A stretch of DNA of 64,000 bases from sequence record NZ_CP087960.1; one strand, written 5' to 3'. Under the pieces are notes generated by a model. That model was given only the letters and a program-made list of their open reading frames with translations. It was not told the origin of the DNA and did not search any database. A program made the translations under genes and the position numbers. The DNA comes from a plasmid. Shown piece after piece: positions 45,589 to 56,196 of this stretch (the first letter of the stretch is position 1; every line of letters starts with the position of its first letter).

Positions 45589-48500
45589 CTACTTATCCTT
45601 TCTAGGTTTTGGAGCTATTGGTTTTGTTTCTTTGAAGTTGCTCTTAAAATCATTTCTTTTAGTTACATCTTCAATAGTATGGTTAATTTGATCTTTATTA
45701 ATCTCAGTTGTTACATCTTGTCTGAACTTCTTTATATAGTGTTTTTTACTATGCAGAAAACTTTCAATTGTTGGTGCATTAGGATTAGTTGAAGAAATAT
45801 TTGAAGCAGGTATGTATTCTGCTGAAGTTTCTTTAACAGTGGAAGTTATATTAGACGGAGTAGTAGAGATTTCAATACTTTGTCCTGGTCCTTCTTGAGT
45901 AACGTGTACTTGTTGCTTTTGATCAGGAACAAGCTGCTCATAATTGCTTGTTGTGTTTTCAGCTACAGAAGGTTGAGTTGTTGTAACAGAATTGATTGGT
46001 TTTTCAGAGGATTTCAAAACTTGATTAGTACCACCTTGCTCTTTAATATTTGTCTTTGTATCTGATCCTTGAATAGTTTGAGTTGAGCTATTTTGAGGTT
46101 CATGAGTAAGGTTTTCAGAAATCTTGTCTGGACTAGATGGAGTGTTAGGATCTATTTGTACATGTTTACCTTCTTCTTTAATAGTCTTAAGTTGTTCAGT
46201 TCCACCTTGTGTGATAACGTCCTTCTTACTATCTTTTCCTGGAATAACTTTATGGCCATTTTCAGTTGCACGCATTGCATCAGTAATAGTAGGCTTTGTA
46301 CCATTATCTGGTTGAGTAGTTGGATCAATCTTTTGAGCCTTGCCTTCCTCTTTAACGGTCTTAAGTTGTTCAGTTCCACCTTGTGTAACAACATCTTTCT
46401 TAGTATCTCTACCAGGTATAATTTCCTGACTGACTTTAGGTAAATCATTTGAGCTAATAGGATTGCTCTTCTTACTTTCAGCTGGTTTGGAATTAGGATC
46501 AATCTTTTGAATCTTGCCTTCTTCTTTAGCAGTCTTAAGTTGTTCAGTTCCACCTTGTGTAACAACATCTTTCTTAGTATCTCCACCAGGTATAATTTCC
46601 TGATTGACTTTAGGTAAATCATTGTGCTCGCTAATGTTTTCGTTTGATTCAGTAGACTTATTTTGGGTAGTTGCTTCTGGTTTAGCTTTATCAAAAGGCT
46701 TTTCAACTTGTTGATTTGCAGGATTAATCTTATTTGCATCATTGTCATTAATGTCATCAACATTAGCAGCCTTCTTAAGATTACTTGTTGCAATGGTAAG
46801 TCGCTGTGCAGCATCCTTTTGCTGTTCCCCACTAGCATTTGGATCGTTCATAATATGCTTACCACTTCTGAGTGCATCATTGAGTTCTCTTCTAGCATCA
46901 ATAGTTTTACCTTTGGTGTCGCTGTCTGGCATTGACAAATGTTTTAGCTGTTCAGCATTATCAATTGCTGAGCGTAGACCACTCTTTTTAAGAGCTTCTG
47001 CATGTTCATCTGCATGTTCATTGGCAAATTGAGTATATGGTTTTCCTGTACTTGCCTGGCGGAGTGAATTATATTCGTTGTCAGTTAATCCATTATTGCT
47101 TGCCATTTTATCAGCCATTTCGCTAACAGTAGTTGGTACCAATCCACTTCGAGAAGCTTTATTCCACTGATGACGACTTCCGCCACTAGCCATAAAGCCT
47201 TTTTTGAGTTGAGAGTTAGCATGAGCAGCATTTGCGCCGTTACGTAAGCTTTGCCCCCAGGTTTTACCATTCTCACGAGCCTTATGTGCTGCATCTAAAC
47301 CCGTTAAAGCACTCTCTGTCGTATCGAATCCTTTACGAGCAAGATGACCAGTTCCGCGAGCCAAGCCTGCGCCCTTCTTAACAAGGCCAGCAGTTTGGTT
47401 GGCAACAATCGCACCCATTGCCCAACCTTTTTGTGCACCTGTATCGACACCAAAGAATTTAGCTGTCTTTTGTGATCCAGTCCAAAGCATAGCTGTAGCA
47501 GCTATCATTGCTACACAATATAGGAGAGGACCCATATCAGCATTGGTCAAAAAGTTGACTACAATTCTGTAGAAGGCTAATTCAAATCCTTGTAAGGCAA
47601 TAGTTAAAGCTGCAGTAAACATATCATTAATAGCTGCTTTTGTTTTAGCTCCTGAGTCTAAGTCTGTTGAGAAAATTAATAGAGCGAGAACTTGCATAAT
47701 AGCTAAATCTAAGAAAGATTTAACTACTACATAAGTGATAAATGCAAAAGCTAATGACAAAGCAAATAATGAAACTACAACTGGTAAAAAGGCTACAGTA
47801 TAACGCTGATACCCACCAGAATAAGAATTGGAGAATGGAACGCTTGACTTGCTGATTTTAACTGCAGCTGGTTTATCTCCACCATCAATCAATTGATATT
47901 TAAGATATTTTGGTTTAAATTTTAAAGATTTCCAGTGATGATCTTTTTGTAATTTCTCAGCAGTTTTTTCCATTGAATCAACTGTATCTGGAGTGATTGC
48001 ACTTGCTAAGTTAGTAGCAGATAATAGATCAAACGATTTTTTACCGTTTTTGTTATCCCAACCGTTGTGACCATAGTCTTCATCGCTTTGAGTTTTAATC
48101 TTACCGGATCCTTTCGTTTTAAAATCCGGCCAATTGTTATAAACCAGGTAGGCGATATCGTTGGTATTTCCTTTGATAATATCAAATGGAATGCTAGATG
48201 TATTACCATCAGTGACTTCGGCTTTATAGATGTTACTTGATTGATCTACTACCCAATTAGTTAAAGGTTGCAGATTAAACATCAAAAACGTTGCAATAAT
48301 AGCTTGCAAGATGATGTTTTGTACAGGAGTTTTCTCCTTGCCTAACATCATTTTTATTCCGATCCAAACTAAGACCGCAATCATTACTGCTGCGGCAGCT
48401 CCTAAAATATACCCTTGAATCCAGTCCTTAAGTCCCGCATCACTTAATAGTTTGCTAAAATCCAAACTATGAGTAGCAAGATCTTCTACACCATTAGCTA

Positions 48501-48747
48501 GATTATAGAAAGCTTTTATAATTCCCCACTTAATCCAATTAAAAACTTGTCCTACTGCATCTTGAAAGTGAAGATACGGCCGGATGTTGTCTAAACTGTT
48601 TGCGGCATTGGTTAGATCTTCTTTAGAATCACCGCCACCACCAAACATATCAGAAATAGCTTTTCCTAGATCAATCCACCCTGTAAAAATATAGGATTGC
48701 GCTAGTATTAGCAATTTTGTTCCCATATATTTTTCCTTTCTGTACAA
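45589..48747 (-). CDS. VirB6-like polytopic membrane protein (1052 aa) with a long C-terminal extracellular repeat region
   Basis: At least 5 TM helices in the N-terminal half; C-terminal half contains 58-aa repeats (IIPGxDTKKDVVTQGGTEQLKTxKEEGKxQKIDP). Confidence 0.5.
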   Translation of the reverse strand: MYRKEKYMGTKLLILAQSYIFTGWIDLGKAISDMFGGGGDSKEDLTNAANSLDNIRPYLHFQDAVGQVFNWIKWGIIKAFYNLANGVEDLATHSLDFSKLLSDAGLKDWIQGYILGAAAAVMIAVLVWIGIKMMLGKEKTPVQNIILQAIIATFLMFNLQPLTNWVVDQSSNIYKAEVTDGNTSSIPFDIIKGNTNDIAYLVYNNWPDFKTKGSGKIKTQSDEDYGHNGWDNKNGKKSFDLLSATNLASAITPDTVDSMEKTAEKLQKDHHWKSLKFKPKYLKYQLIDGGDKPAAVKISKSSVPFSNSYSGGYQRYTVAFLPVVVSLFALSLAFAFITYVVVKSFLDLAIMQVLALLIFSTDLDSGAKTKAAINDMFTAALTIALQGFELAFYRIVVNFLTNADMGPLLYCVAMIAATAMLWTGSQKTAKFFGVDTGAQKGWAMGAIVANQTAGLVKKGAGLARGTGHLARKGFDTTESALTGLDAAHKARENGKTWGQSLRNGANAAHANSQLKKGFMASGGSRHQWNKASRSGLVPTTVSEMADKMASNNGLTDNEYNSLRQASTGKPYTQFANEHADEHAEALKKSGLRSAIDNAEQLKHLSMPDSDTKGKTIDARRELNDALRSGKHIMNDPNASGEQQKDAAQRLTIATSNLKKAANVDDINDNDANKINPANQQVEKPFDKAKPEATTQNKSTESNENISEHNDLPKVNQEIIPGGDTKKDVVTQGGTEQLKTAKEEGKIQKIDPNSKPAESKKSNPISSNDLPKVSQEIIPGRDTKKDVVTQGGTEQLKTVKEEGKAQKIDPTTQPDNGTKPTITDAMRATENGHKVIPGKDSKKDVITQGGTEQLKTIKEEGKHVQIDPNTPSSPDKISENLTHEPQNSSTQTIQGSDTKTNIKEQGGTNQVLKSSEKPINSVTTTQPSVAENTTSNYEQLVPDQKQQVHVTQEGPGQSIEISTTPSNITSTVKETSAEYIPASNISSTNPNAPTIESFLHSKKHYIKKFRQDVTTEINKDQINHTIEDVTKRNDFKSNFKETKPIAPKPRKDK
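46148..46670. repeat. Three tandem 174-bp coding repeats inside the VirB6-like gene
   Basis: Unit starts at 46148, 46322 and 46496 (GGATCNATYT...), read directly. Confidence 0.6.
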
Positions 48748-48773
48748 AAAAGGACAAGCTTTTAATGCTTGTC

Positions 48774-51026
48774 CTACTCGCTATTTACTTTTTGCCATAA
48801 TTCCATAAATTCATTTAGTAAATCAGGTTTGTTTACTAAAAATTGCATATAGTCACTTCGTCCACCATGATGATCAATAATTAATCTGAATCTTTCAGCA
48901 TCTTCTCCTAATTCGTCTTTATGCTCTTGCCAAAATTCACGTAGTGCTTCTGTTTGATTCATTTGTCTTTGAGCAGCCATTTCTGCAAAAATTGCATCGG
49001 TTTCAGCACCATTTGGTAAGTCATCAACTTCATTTTCATGTTTAGCTTTGGCTCCACTAGCCGTGTCATCGCTTCCCATACTATCTTGCTTATTTGCATC
49101 TGCTTGTTGATGTGCATCATATGCACTTAAGGCATCCTTTGACCAGGTAATCCAGTCTCGCCAATCAACCGCCAAACTAGCTAAATCGAGCTGTGCATGT
49201 GGCGCATCAATTTGTAATAAATCTGGACTTGTTCCAGGATTAAATTCATCAGTTAAGAATGTATAAGCAAGTGGCATCTTAGTTTTACCCGTATTAAAGA
49301 TTGGATACGGTCGAACAGATCGACCTTTCAAATCGGTTCGATAAAGTGGCCGTAATACTACGCTCTCTCCAATCATGAAATCTTTAATTCTTTCCGGCAA
49401 AAGTAGAGGAACTGAATCAGCGGACACATTAATGGATTGAGCCATATTCATCACAGACTTATTAACGTTATTGCCTTCAACAGTCTTATTTCCAATTAAA
49501 GTACAAAATTCCTTGTTAGTATCCATATCAGTAGATTTAATCAAAATCTGATTTTGACCGTTTTCTTTAATTGTATTTCCCTTATCTTTCCCATATTTTG
49601 CGTAAATTTGTTTATACGATTGAATAATGAGTGTAAATAACATATTACGTCCGGCTGAAACTGTCATCAATTGGTCCATATCCTTGATTGGTAACATATT
49701 ACCAAACTCATCAAAGATAAAATGGACTCTTCTAATAGTTTTACCGCCAGCAACGTATGAACATTGCTTTGCCAGTTCTGAGTACAGCTGTGAAATGAAA
49801 ATTGAAGCAAGAGCATTGTTAGAACTGTCGTAGTCAGGAATTTTCATAAATACGGCAGTTGGACGATCGGAATAATGCATGCGAAGATTGCCAATAGGCA
49901 TTTTAGATTGCAATGGCTGCAATTCTGTCTTCTCTGTTCTTGCATCAATTTTGATCTTATATGAACTAAATTGCTGACGATGTTTAACGATCATATAGCA
50001 ACCATCAGTCAACTTATCATCAAAGTTGTATTGTACAAAGCCTCCAAATGCAACCTTAACCGTATACTTATTGATGAGCTCTTTCTTCTTATTAAGAAAG
50101 AGAATCTGGATTCTCTTATTGGCAAGCTTCTTGTCAACTTCAAAGTCAAGGTATTTTGGAAAACCAATTGATTTAAGCTCTAGAGAATTCATTGAAGTCA
50201 TTCGGGCCATTTTAGGCATTGAGAAAACGCTCAACTTTTGAACGATTGTTGAATAAATTGACCCTTTAGCTTTATCTCCTGAAAAACTTGTAGATCCAAA
50301 TTCTCGCTTTGCAATAGATCCTTGCTTTAAGTGCTTAAAGTACTCATCAAGGACGTTAGATTTATCATATGGATCGTCAGGATCAGTTGCGTAATCAACC
50401 GTTCCTAGTTCGTTAACCATATCAATAACATTGTTAAGCGTAATTTTTTCCGTCATATTATGCTTAATACAATATTCAATTAAAGCAATAATCATACCGT
50501 TAACGGCTTTTTGTGCACCTTCGTAAACCCAGCTATTAGCTCCGGCATTTTCTTCATGATATAAGGTATAAGTCAGAGAGTTAACTAGTTGCATAGCACC
50601 TTCAATATCGCCACGTTTCCAGGATTGAATAATGAGCTGCAACGGATTATAAGCCATCGATTGAGATCCATCTGCTAAATTAAGCAGGTAAACATTGTAG
50701 CCTCTTCTACGTAGTGTTTCAGAAGAGGCTGCGTATAGTTCTCCTTTAGGATCGTTGACAACAATCGATGACTGTTTGCTTGCTCGGGAAAGATTATCGA
50801 TCATTGGAATAACGATTGCTTGGGTTTTAGCAGACCTTGATGTTCCAACAATAATATTGTGACTGGTACTTCGATCAATAAAATAGAACCCTTTTTTCCT
50901 TATAAAAGGAAATTTTTTAGCTCTTACCCACTTATTTACGTGAGAGATGGGTATACCGCCGTATCCTTCAAATGATGGTTTATAGGTGTAAGATGTATAA
51001 TTTCTACTTATTGCAGCAGGCATCAT
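48774..51026 (-). CDS. VirD4/TraG-family type IV coupling protein
   Basis: Walker A IIVGTSRSAKTQA; Walker B VHFIFDEFGNM; 750 aa. Confidence 0.8.
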   Translation of the reverse strand: MMPAAISRNYTSYTYKPSFEGYGGIPISHVNKWVRAKKFPFIRKKGFYFIDRSTSHNIIVGTSRSAKTQAIVIPMIDNLSRASKQSSIVVNDPKGELYAASSETLRRRGYNVYLLNLADGSQSMAYNPLQLIIQSWKRGDIEGAMQLVNSLTYTLYHEENAGANSWVYEGAQKAVNGMIIALIEYCIKHNMTEKITLNNVIDMVNELGTVDYATDPDDPYDKSNVLDEYFKHLKQGSIAKREFGSTSFSGDKAKGSIYSTIVQKLSVFSMPKMARMTSMNSLELKSIGFPKYLDFEVDKKLANKRIQILFLNKKKELINKYTVKVAFGGFVQYNFDDKLTDGCYMIVKHRQQFSSYKIKIDARTEKTELQPLQSKMPIGNLRMHYSDRPTAVFMKIPDYDSSNNALASIFISQLYSELAKQCSYVAGGKTIRRVHFIFDEFGNMLPIKDMDQLMTVSAGRNMLFTLIIQSYKQIYAKYGKDKGNTIKENGQNQILIKSTDMDTNKEFCTLIGNKTVEGNNVNKSVMNMAQSINVSADSVPLLLPERIKDFMIGESVVLRPLYRTDLKGRSVRPYPIFNTGKTKMPLAYTFLTDEFNPGTSPDLLQIDAPHAQLDLASLAVDWRDWITWSKDALSAYDAHQQADANKQDSMGSDDTASGAKAKHENEVDDLPNGAETDAIFAEMAAQRQMNQTEALREFWQEHKDELGEDAERFRLIIDHHGGRSDYMQFLVNKPDLLNEFMELWQKVNSE

Positions 51027-51538
51027 TCATCACCCCTCTCATCATGATCAGGAATAATTGGATATTGCTTTTCAAGTTCTTTTTCAGTGGTAAAACGCTC
51101 ATCACCTTTTTGACCGTATGCAACATCTTTTGTCGCAAATTTTAGACGTTTTGATAATCCGAAACCGCCGAAAAAGCTAATGGCCAAAATTGCTATCAGC
51201 CATTTGAACGGCAAAGGATATTTAGCGATATTTATAGCTTGGGCAAATATTTTTTCATCATCAATCTTTTGAGTAAAGAAGTTAAAGCCAGGTCTACTTA
51301 TTGTTTGAAATGTGAGTCGACCAGCATTAACAAATATTACCAAAACTATGAAAAGTGCCACACTTGAAATAACTGCTACAAATAACCGAATATCCTTTTG
51401 GTGTTCTTCCCGATTATCAGGAAGATTGGCACCATCTATTGTTTCTTTTCTTAAACTTAAAAATACTTGTTTAAAAAAAGAACCTGTTCTTTTAATAAGA
51501 CTGGTCCTTTTTACCTTTTTTACTTTTCTAACTTTCAT
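51023..51538 (-). CDS. Membrane protein (171 aa, 2 TM) coupled to the coupling-protein gene
   Basis: TM helices RLFVAVISSVALFIVLVIFV and WLIAILAISFFGGFGL. Confidence 0.3.
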   Translation of the reverse strand: MKVRKVKKVKRTSLIKRTGSFFKQVFLSLRKETIDGANLPDNREEHQKDIRLFVAVISSVALFIVLVIFVNAGRLTFQTISRPGFNFFTQKIDDEKIFAQAINIAKYPLPFKWLIAILAISFFGGFGLSKRLKFATKDVAYGQKGDERFTTEKELEKQYPIIPDHDERGDE

Positions 51539-53987
51539 TCTTAGCTAACCACCCGTTCTGCCAATCATGTACTGCGTAAAAAGCCAAAATAACTGAGTCT
51601 CTTGCAGAATCAGAAACACTTTTTCTTTCGTCAGCATTCATTTTGAGCCAAGAGTCGCGAATATCTTTTTGATTATTTTGAGCGATTGCTAAATATAATT
51701 TGCTAAGAGTAGTAGGATCATTTCGATTGATCACTTCAAGAGAGCGAACATCTTTTTGCCCCACTAGTCCATTTAGATAATCAACTTTTTCACTCCAATT
51801 ATTTAAAGAGTTATATTTCTGTTCAGGTGTTTCAGGTTTTGGAGTTGAGGGCTGTTCTAGCTTCTTCTTTGAAGAAGAAGTATCTTGCTTTTTAGGTGAA
51901 CTAGTCTTTTTATTGCTCTTCTCAGCACTTGAATTTTTAACTAAAACGACTGAAGGCTTAGTTGACGAAACTGAGTGATTATTTCGATTATATCCAAACA
52001 AAAGTACTGAACTTAAAGTAGCCACAGCCAAGAATGAAATGATACCTATTTGCCAATGCTTTTTAGAATTCTTAGTTGTTAGTTCTTTTTTTGCGTCTTC
52101 AATTTCCTTATCTTTAGCGGTAATTTGTACTTCAGTCAGCTTTTTTTCTAAAGCGTCATATTGATCCTTCAATTTCTGAAATTCAGTGTTATCGACTGGA
52201 GGAGTCGAATTGTTTGGAATCTGTGGCGCTCCTGCAGGCTGAGCATAATAATAATTACCTGGAACTTGATAGAACGGCATTAATTGAGAATTAGGTGATT
52301 GTTGTTGTGTCTTATTAATTGCAGCTGCAATTGCATCTGGTAATCCTTCAATTTGTTTCTTAGTTAATGCAAGTTCTTGATCTTTTTGATCTAACTCGCG
52401 AGCCTTCAATTCATTTTCTTTTTGCTTTTGAGCAAGTTTCGCTTGGGCAAATTGATATTTTTCACGTTTTTGATTAATTTCATCCCGTTTTTCTTGAATA
52501 GAACTAATGGCTCCATCAAGACCTACACGGAAGTTTTCTTCTGATTTAGTAAACTCATTCTTCAAGCCTTGGTTGAAACGGTTTGAAAGTTCAACGCGTG
52601 TATCAGATAAGTTTCTGTTAATTTCATTAACTACCTTGTCATGTTCCCGTTGTTTCAAATCATTTTTGCTATCAGCTAGTCGAGTATCGATTTTTTCATT
52701 TAAAGTATCTAGTTCTTTTTGTTGGTTAATCTTAAATGAACGCATGCTTTCCTGATGCTCATTTTGCAATTGAACTTTAAATTGATCTAGCTTATCTACA
52801 TCTTGAGCTGTAAGGCGGGCTTCTTCATTATTGCACGCTTGCTCCATATTAGATTGATTCTTTTGCTTGTTATTCTGAGCATCTTGTTCTAATTGATTAA
52901 TCTCATCTTTAAGCCGAACTGCTACGATATTTTCAACCGTGTTCTTAGTTAGCTCATTATACTTGGTAGTTAAAGCATCAATTAAACTATTTTCTAAATT
53001 TGATTTAGTAATATCAAATTCGCTTTGAAGAGAGGATAAACCTGTATCTTTCAATACTTCATCAATTGTTCTATTCAGTTCTTCATCAAACTTATCAGTA
53101 GGATTGTTCTTATAACCAAGTTGTGCTTTAATGACACTCAAATCAAATGATTCTGCATTATATTTATCCGGAATTTTACTTAAGATATCCTCTGGATTTT
53201 CAAATTTACTACTTGGCGTAACTACTAATTCAGTTGGTACTGGTGCCGGCTGAGCCGGCGTAGCACGTTCTTGATTCTGTGCTGCAAATTCACTGGTTGG
53301 ATCTGGAAGATCAAGATCATCAGTTGGCTGAATATCATTGTTTTCATTGGAAACAGACTCCGGCTCTGGAAGGCTATCCTCTAATGGTAAGCTTTCGTTA
53401 TCTTCAAACGACTGACCTTCTTCATTAGAATTATTAGCTTTAGGTTGAGTCTGTTTAGGAGTATCTACCATAGAAAACTGTTTAACAATGTTACCATCTA
53501 CACCTTCTACACCTTTAATGTCACCAACTACACCACTTGCTCGTTGTGATTGGAATACAGGTTGATTGTCTGTATTTTCTTCTACAGCAGTTTTATCTGT
53601 TTCCTCTGGTTCAAGTTCATCTGCATAATTAGTTTTAGCAGCACCTAATTCAGACTGAATCTGATCTTGTAAATCTTCTAAATCCTCATTTTCTTCATCA
53701 CTAAGTTCTTCATCTGCATAATCGCGACTAATTAAGCTAACAATTCCAAATTGAGCATCTCCGGCTTCAATTTGAGTATCAAAAGTATACTCGTCTGCTA
53801 CATCTCCACCGTCATCTTTGATAACAGTAAACGCAAATTCTTTCGTTTCGTGTGCCGATAAAGTCTTAGCATACTCCTTAACCCTATCATTTGCTTCTTT
53901 TAGTGGAAGTGGCTTTTGCTTAAAGATACCAGTCTTGAATAACTTTTTGCCATCTTTAGGATAAGAAGTAAAAGTAACTTCTATCAT
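51528..53987 (-). CDS. Large T4SS-associated protein (819 aa): acidic N-terminal domain, Pro-rich linker, ~350-aa coiled coil, a TM helix and a C-terminal extracytoplasmic domain
   Basis: Domain layout read from the translation (heptad-rich QELALTKKQIEGL etc.; TM WQIGIISFLAVATLSSVLLFGY). Confidence 0.35.
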   Translation of the reverse strand: MIEVTFTSYPKDGKKLFKTGIFKQKPLPLKEANDRVKEYAKTLSAHETKEFAFTVIKDDGGDVADEYTFDTQIEAGDAQFGIVSLISRDYADEELSDEENEDLEDLQDQIQSELGAAKTNYADELEPEETDKTAVEENTDNQPVFQSQRASGVVGDIKGVEGVDGNIVKQFSMVDTPKQTQPKANNSNEEGQSFEDNESLPLEDSLPEPESVSNENNDIQPTDDLDLPDPTSEFAAQNQERATPAQPAPVPTELVVTPSSKFENPEDILSKIPDKYNAESFDLSVIKAQLGYKNNPTDKFDEELNRTIDEVLKDTGLSSLQSEFDITKSNLENSLIDALTTKYNELTKNTVENIVAVRLKDEINQLEQDAQNNKQKNQSNMEQACNNEEARLTAQDVDKLDQFKVQLQNEHQESMRSFKINQQKELDTLNEKIDTRLADSKNDLKQREHDKVVNEINRNLSDTRVELSNRFNQGLKNEFTKSEENFRVGLDGAISSIQEKRDEINQKREKYQFAQAKLAQKQKENELKARELDQKDQELALTKKQIEGLPDAIAAAINKTQQQSPNSQLMPFYQVPGNYYYAQPAGAPQIPNNSTPPVDNTEFQKLKDQYDALEKKLTEVQITAKDKEIEDAKKELTTKNSKKHWQIGIISFLAVATLSSVLLFGYNRNNHSVSSTKPSVVLVKNSSAEKSNKKTSSPKKQDTSSSKKKLEQPSTPKPETPEQKYNSLNNWSEKVDYLNGLVGQKDVRSLEVINRNDPTTLSKLYLAIAQNNQKDIRDSWLKMNADERKSVSDSARDSVILAFYAVHDWQNGWLAKNES

Positions 53988-54031
53988 TGAATAACTCCTT
54001 ACTTTTTATTACGTTTAACCAGAATATTTAA

Positions 54032-54325
54032 CTAGAAAGTTGCCCCTCCGAACATTTGCCAGATCGTAGGTACTAATTGTGGAGCTAGTAATAGGACAGC
54101 ACCACCAATTAAAGCTGCAACTAACATAGCTTTAGCTTTTTGAGCTGCTTGGCCACCAAACATCCAAAATAGACCAGCTGCAACAATTACAGCAACACCA
54201 ATAAATCGTGCAGTATTTGTCATATTAGTAGATGCGTAACTTGCACCATTGTTAACTTGGCTCCAAACATTAGCACCAGTCATAAGTTTTAATTTTAAAA
54301 AGTTCATAATAAATACCTCGTTCAA
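54032..54325 (-). CDS. VirB2/TrbC-like pilin-type small membrane protein (97 aa)
   Basis: Signal-like N-terminus plus two hydrophobic helices (FIGVAVIVAAGLFWMF; MLVAALIGGAVLLLAPQL). Confidence 0.4.
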   Translation of the reverse strand: MNEVFIMNFLKLKLMTGANVWSQVNNGASYASTNMTNTARFIGVAVIVAAGLFWMFGGQAAQKAKAMLVAALIGGAVLLLAPQLVPTIWQMFGGATF

Positions 54326-54488
54326 ATATCATCAAAATTTTCAATAAAAAAAGAGCACCGAATCATATGAATGATTCGATGCTCAACAACATCTGTTAGT
54401 AACATTTTTAATCCTTTATTTATTTCAATAATTTTTGCTTATTATAAAAAGCTGGTTCAGCTCTAATAACTTTCATTTTTATCACCAA

Positions 54489-54764
54489 CTATTTATCATT
54501 TGGTTTAAAGTCCTTATTAAATGGCTGGTTATTAGTACGATCTTTATGATAAAGCTTATTTGCTTCTGCTGTTGCACTGAACAAATCTTCTAAATCAAGC
54601 TGCTCTTGTGCCCAATCTAAAGCTGGTCCTTTTTCTTGCTTAATTAAAGAAGTGCCTAGCTCTGTACACTTTTGTGTAAGCCTAGCTTTTTCATCGATAT
54701 TATGCTTTTTTCGCCAGTCAGAAATAATCTTCTTTTGTTCTTTCGTTAAATTAGTAATTGTCAA
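54489..54764 (-). CDS. hypothetical small protein (91 aa)
   Basis: ORF only. Confidence 0.25.
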   Translation of the reverse strand: MTITNLTKEQKKIISDWRKKHNIDEKARLTQKCTELGTSLIKQEKGPALDWAQEQLDLEDLFSATAEANKLYHKDRTNNQPFNKDFKPNDK

Positions 54765-54852
54765 ACTTTCTCACCTTCATATTCCCACCAACACACCCGA
54801 TTAAAAGGAGTAAGAAAATCTCACCATTCTTCTTGCTCATAATATTTACCTT

Positions 54853-56196
54853 TTAATTAAAGAAACTCTCAATTTGCTCAACTAAATTATTTAAAAAGCC
54901 ATGAATTCTTGCTTTACCAGTCTGATACATCTTGGCATCAGTAACAGTTGGCTTTTGTCCTTCGGTTCCCTTAGCTTGATCTTGCCCAGGTTGATTTTGC
55001 TCTGAAGTTTTTCCATTTTCAGGTTTATTCTCTGGAGTTTTTTCAGGCAAAACCTTTTCTGATTTTGGATAAATAGTAAATTCTGGACTATATTTTCCAT
55101 CTTTATCAGTGATAGGTGTCAAGATAACAATTGGATCGGAATTCTTAGCCATTGCTTCTTTTGGAGTCTCAGTATTTACAACATAGTAAGCATGATACTT
55201 ACCATCAATTGGAACTTTAACTCTTGCAACGCCGTCCTTATTGCTTGTCTTGTCATGCTCAGTTGTCACTTGAGCAAAAGTTTTCATTGACTTCGGGTCA
55301 AGTTTAGCTGCACGACTAGCAACTTCTTTGCGAATCGTATCGTCTTTACGCATTTGTTCGACTTTCGCAACAAGCTTCTCTTCCTCTTCTGATTTCTTAT
55401 CTGACTCTGATTTATCATCCGCATTCTTGCTCTTTTCTACAGAAGACTTAGATTGGTCATCTACTGTAGTACTTGAACTTGACTTTGAAGATGAAGTTTC
55501 AGAATTTGAAGACTTTGGTTCAGTTTGATCTAAATCAGCTTCAGGAGCTTGAGTTGATGCTTTTTCTGTTTTAGCATCACTAGAAGATGATTTCACTGAT
55601 TTATAGGCGGAAGGAATTTTGGATTTGTTATTCGTACTGTTTGAGATAGTCTTATTAGCATTATCTTCAGTACTATTCTCATCAAATTCTTCGGAATCAG
55701 ATTTATCTGCTTCTGATTTTTCTTCTTGTGAATTGGAATTATCAGCTTCTTTTAGGGCTTGATCAACTTGTTTGTCGCTTGGACTAGAATCATCTACCTT
55801 AAGCTTTTCTTTGATAATCGTATTCATTAAGTCAGTAACATCATAAACAGTAAATTTTGAACCATTTACTCCCTCAAGACTATCTGAGTTAAGATCCTTT
55901 TCATTGGTAGCAATTACTTTTCGAATAACCATAGTTTGTTCTTTCAAACTTTGTGGGTTATCTGGATCTGCTTTTTTATCCTCAGCTTTAACATCTACGG
56001 AAGAGTTGTCTGTACTCTTTTCTGTCTTGGTATCATCTGTCTTCTTATTCTCATCTTCTTTTTTGTTTTGAACGATAGAAGATTGAGTAGAAGCAGATGG
56101 TTGTTCGGCCGCATGTACAATTGCTGGTGCAGCTAATGTAAGTACATTAGCTGATAGCATAGCCGCAGACATAATTTTACTTCTTGCGTTTTTCAT
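54853..56196 (-). CDS. Secreted surface-associated protein with Cna-B/pilin-like domains and a long Ser/Lys/Asp/Glu-rich disordered region (no LPxTG)
   Basis: Signal peptide MSAAMLSANVLTLAAPAIVHA; GSKFTVYDVTD-type motif; overlaps the start of the sortase gene. Confidence 0.4.
   Translation of the reverse strand: MKNARSKIMSAAMLSANVLTLAAPAIVHAAEQPSASTQSSIVQNKKEDENKKTDDTKTEKSTDNSSVDVKAEDKKADPDNPQSLKEQTMVIRKVIATNEKDLNSDSLEGVNGSKFTVYDVTDLMNTIIKEKLKVDDSSPSDKQVDQALKEADNSNSQEEKSEADKSDSEEFDENSTEDNANKTISNSTNNKSKIPSAYKSVKSSSSDAKTEKASTQAPEADLDQTEPKSSNSETSSSKSSSSTTVDDQSKSSVEKSKNADDKSESDKKSEEEEKLVAKVEQMRKDDTIRKEVASRAAKLDPKSMKTFAQVTTEHDKTSNKDGVARVKVPIDGKYHAYYVVNTETPKEAMAKNSDPIVILTPITDKDGKYSPEFTIYPKSEKVLPEKTPENKPENGKTSEQNQPGQDQAKGTEGQKPTVTDAKMYQTGKARIHGFLNNLVEQIESFFN

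Noticed and set aside
46152-46838. 228-aa minus-strand ORF, plus 46093..46443, 46663..47032 and others, overlapping the VirB6-like gene
   Set aside because: These are alternative-frame artefacts inside a long repeat-containing gene, with low-complexity Leu/Lys-rich translations.
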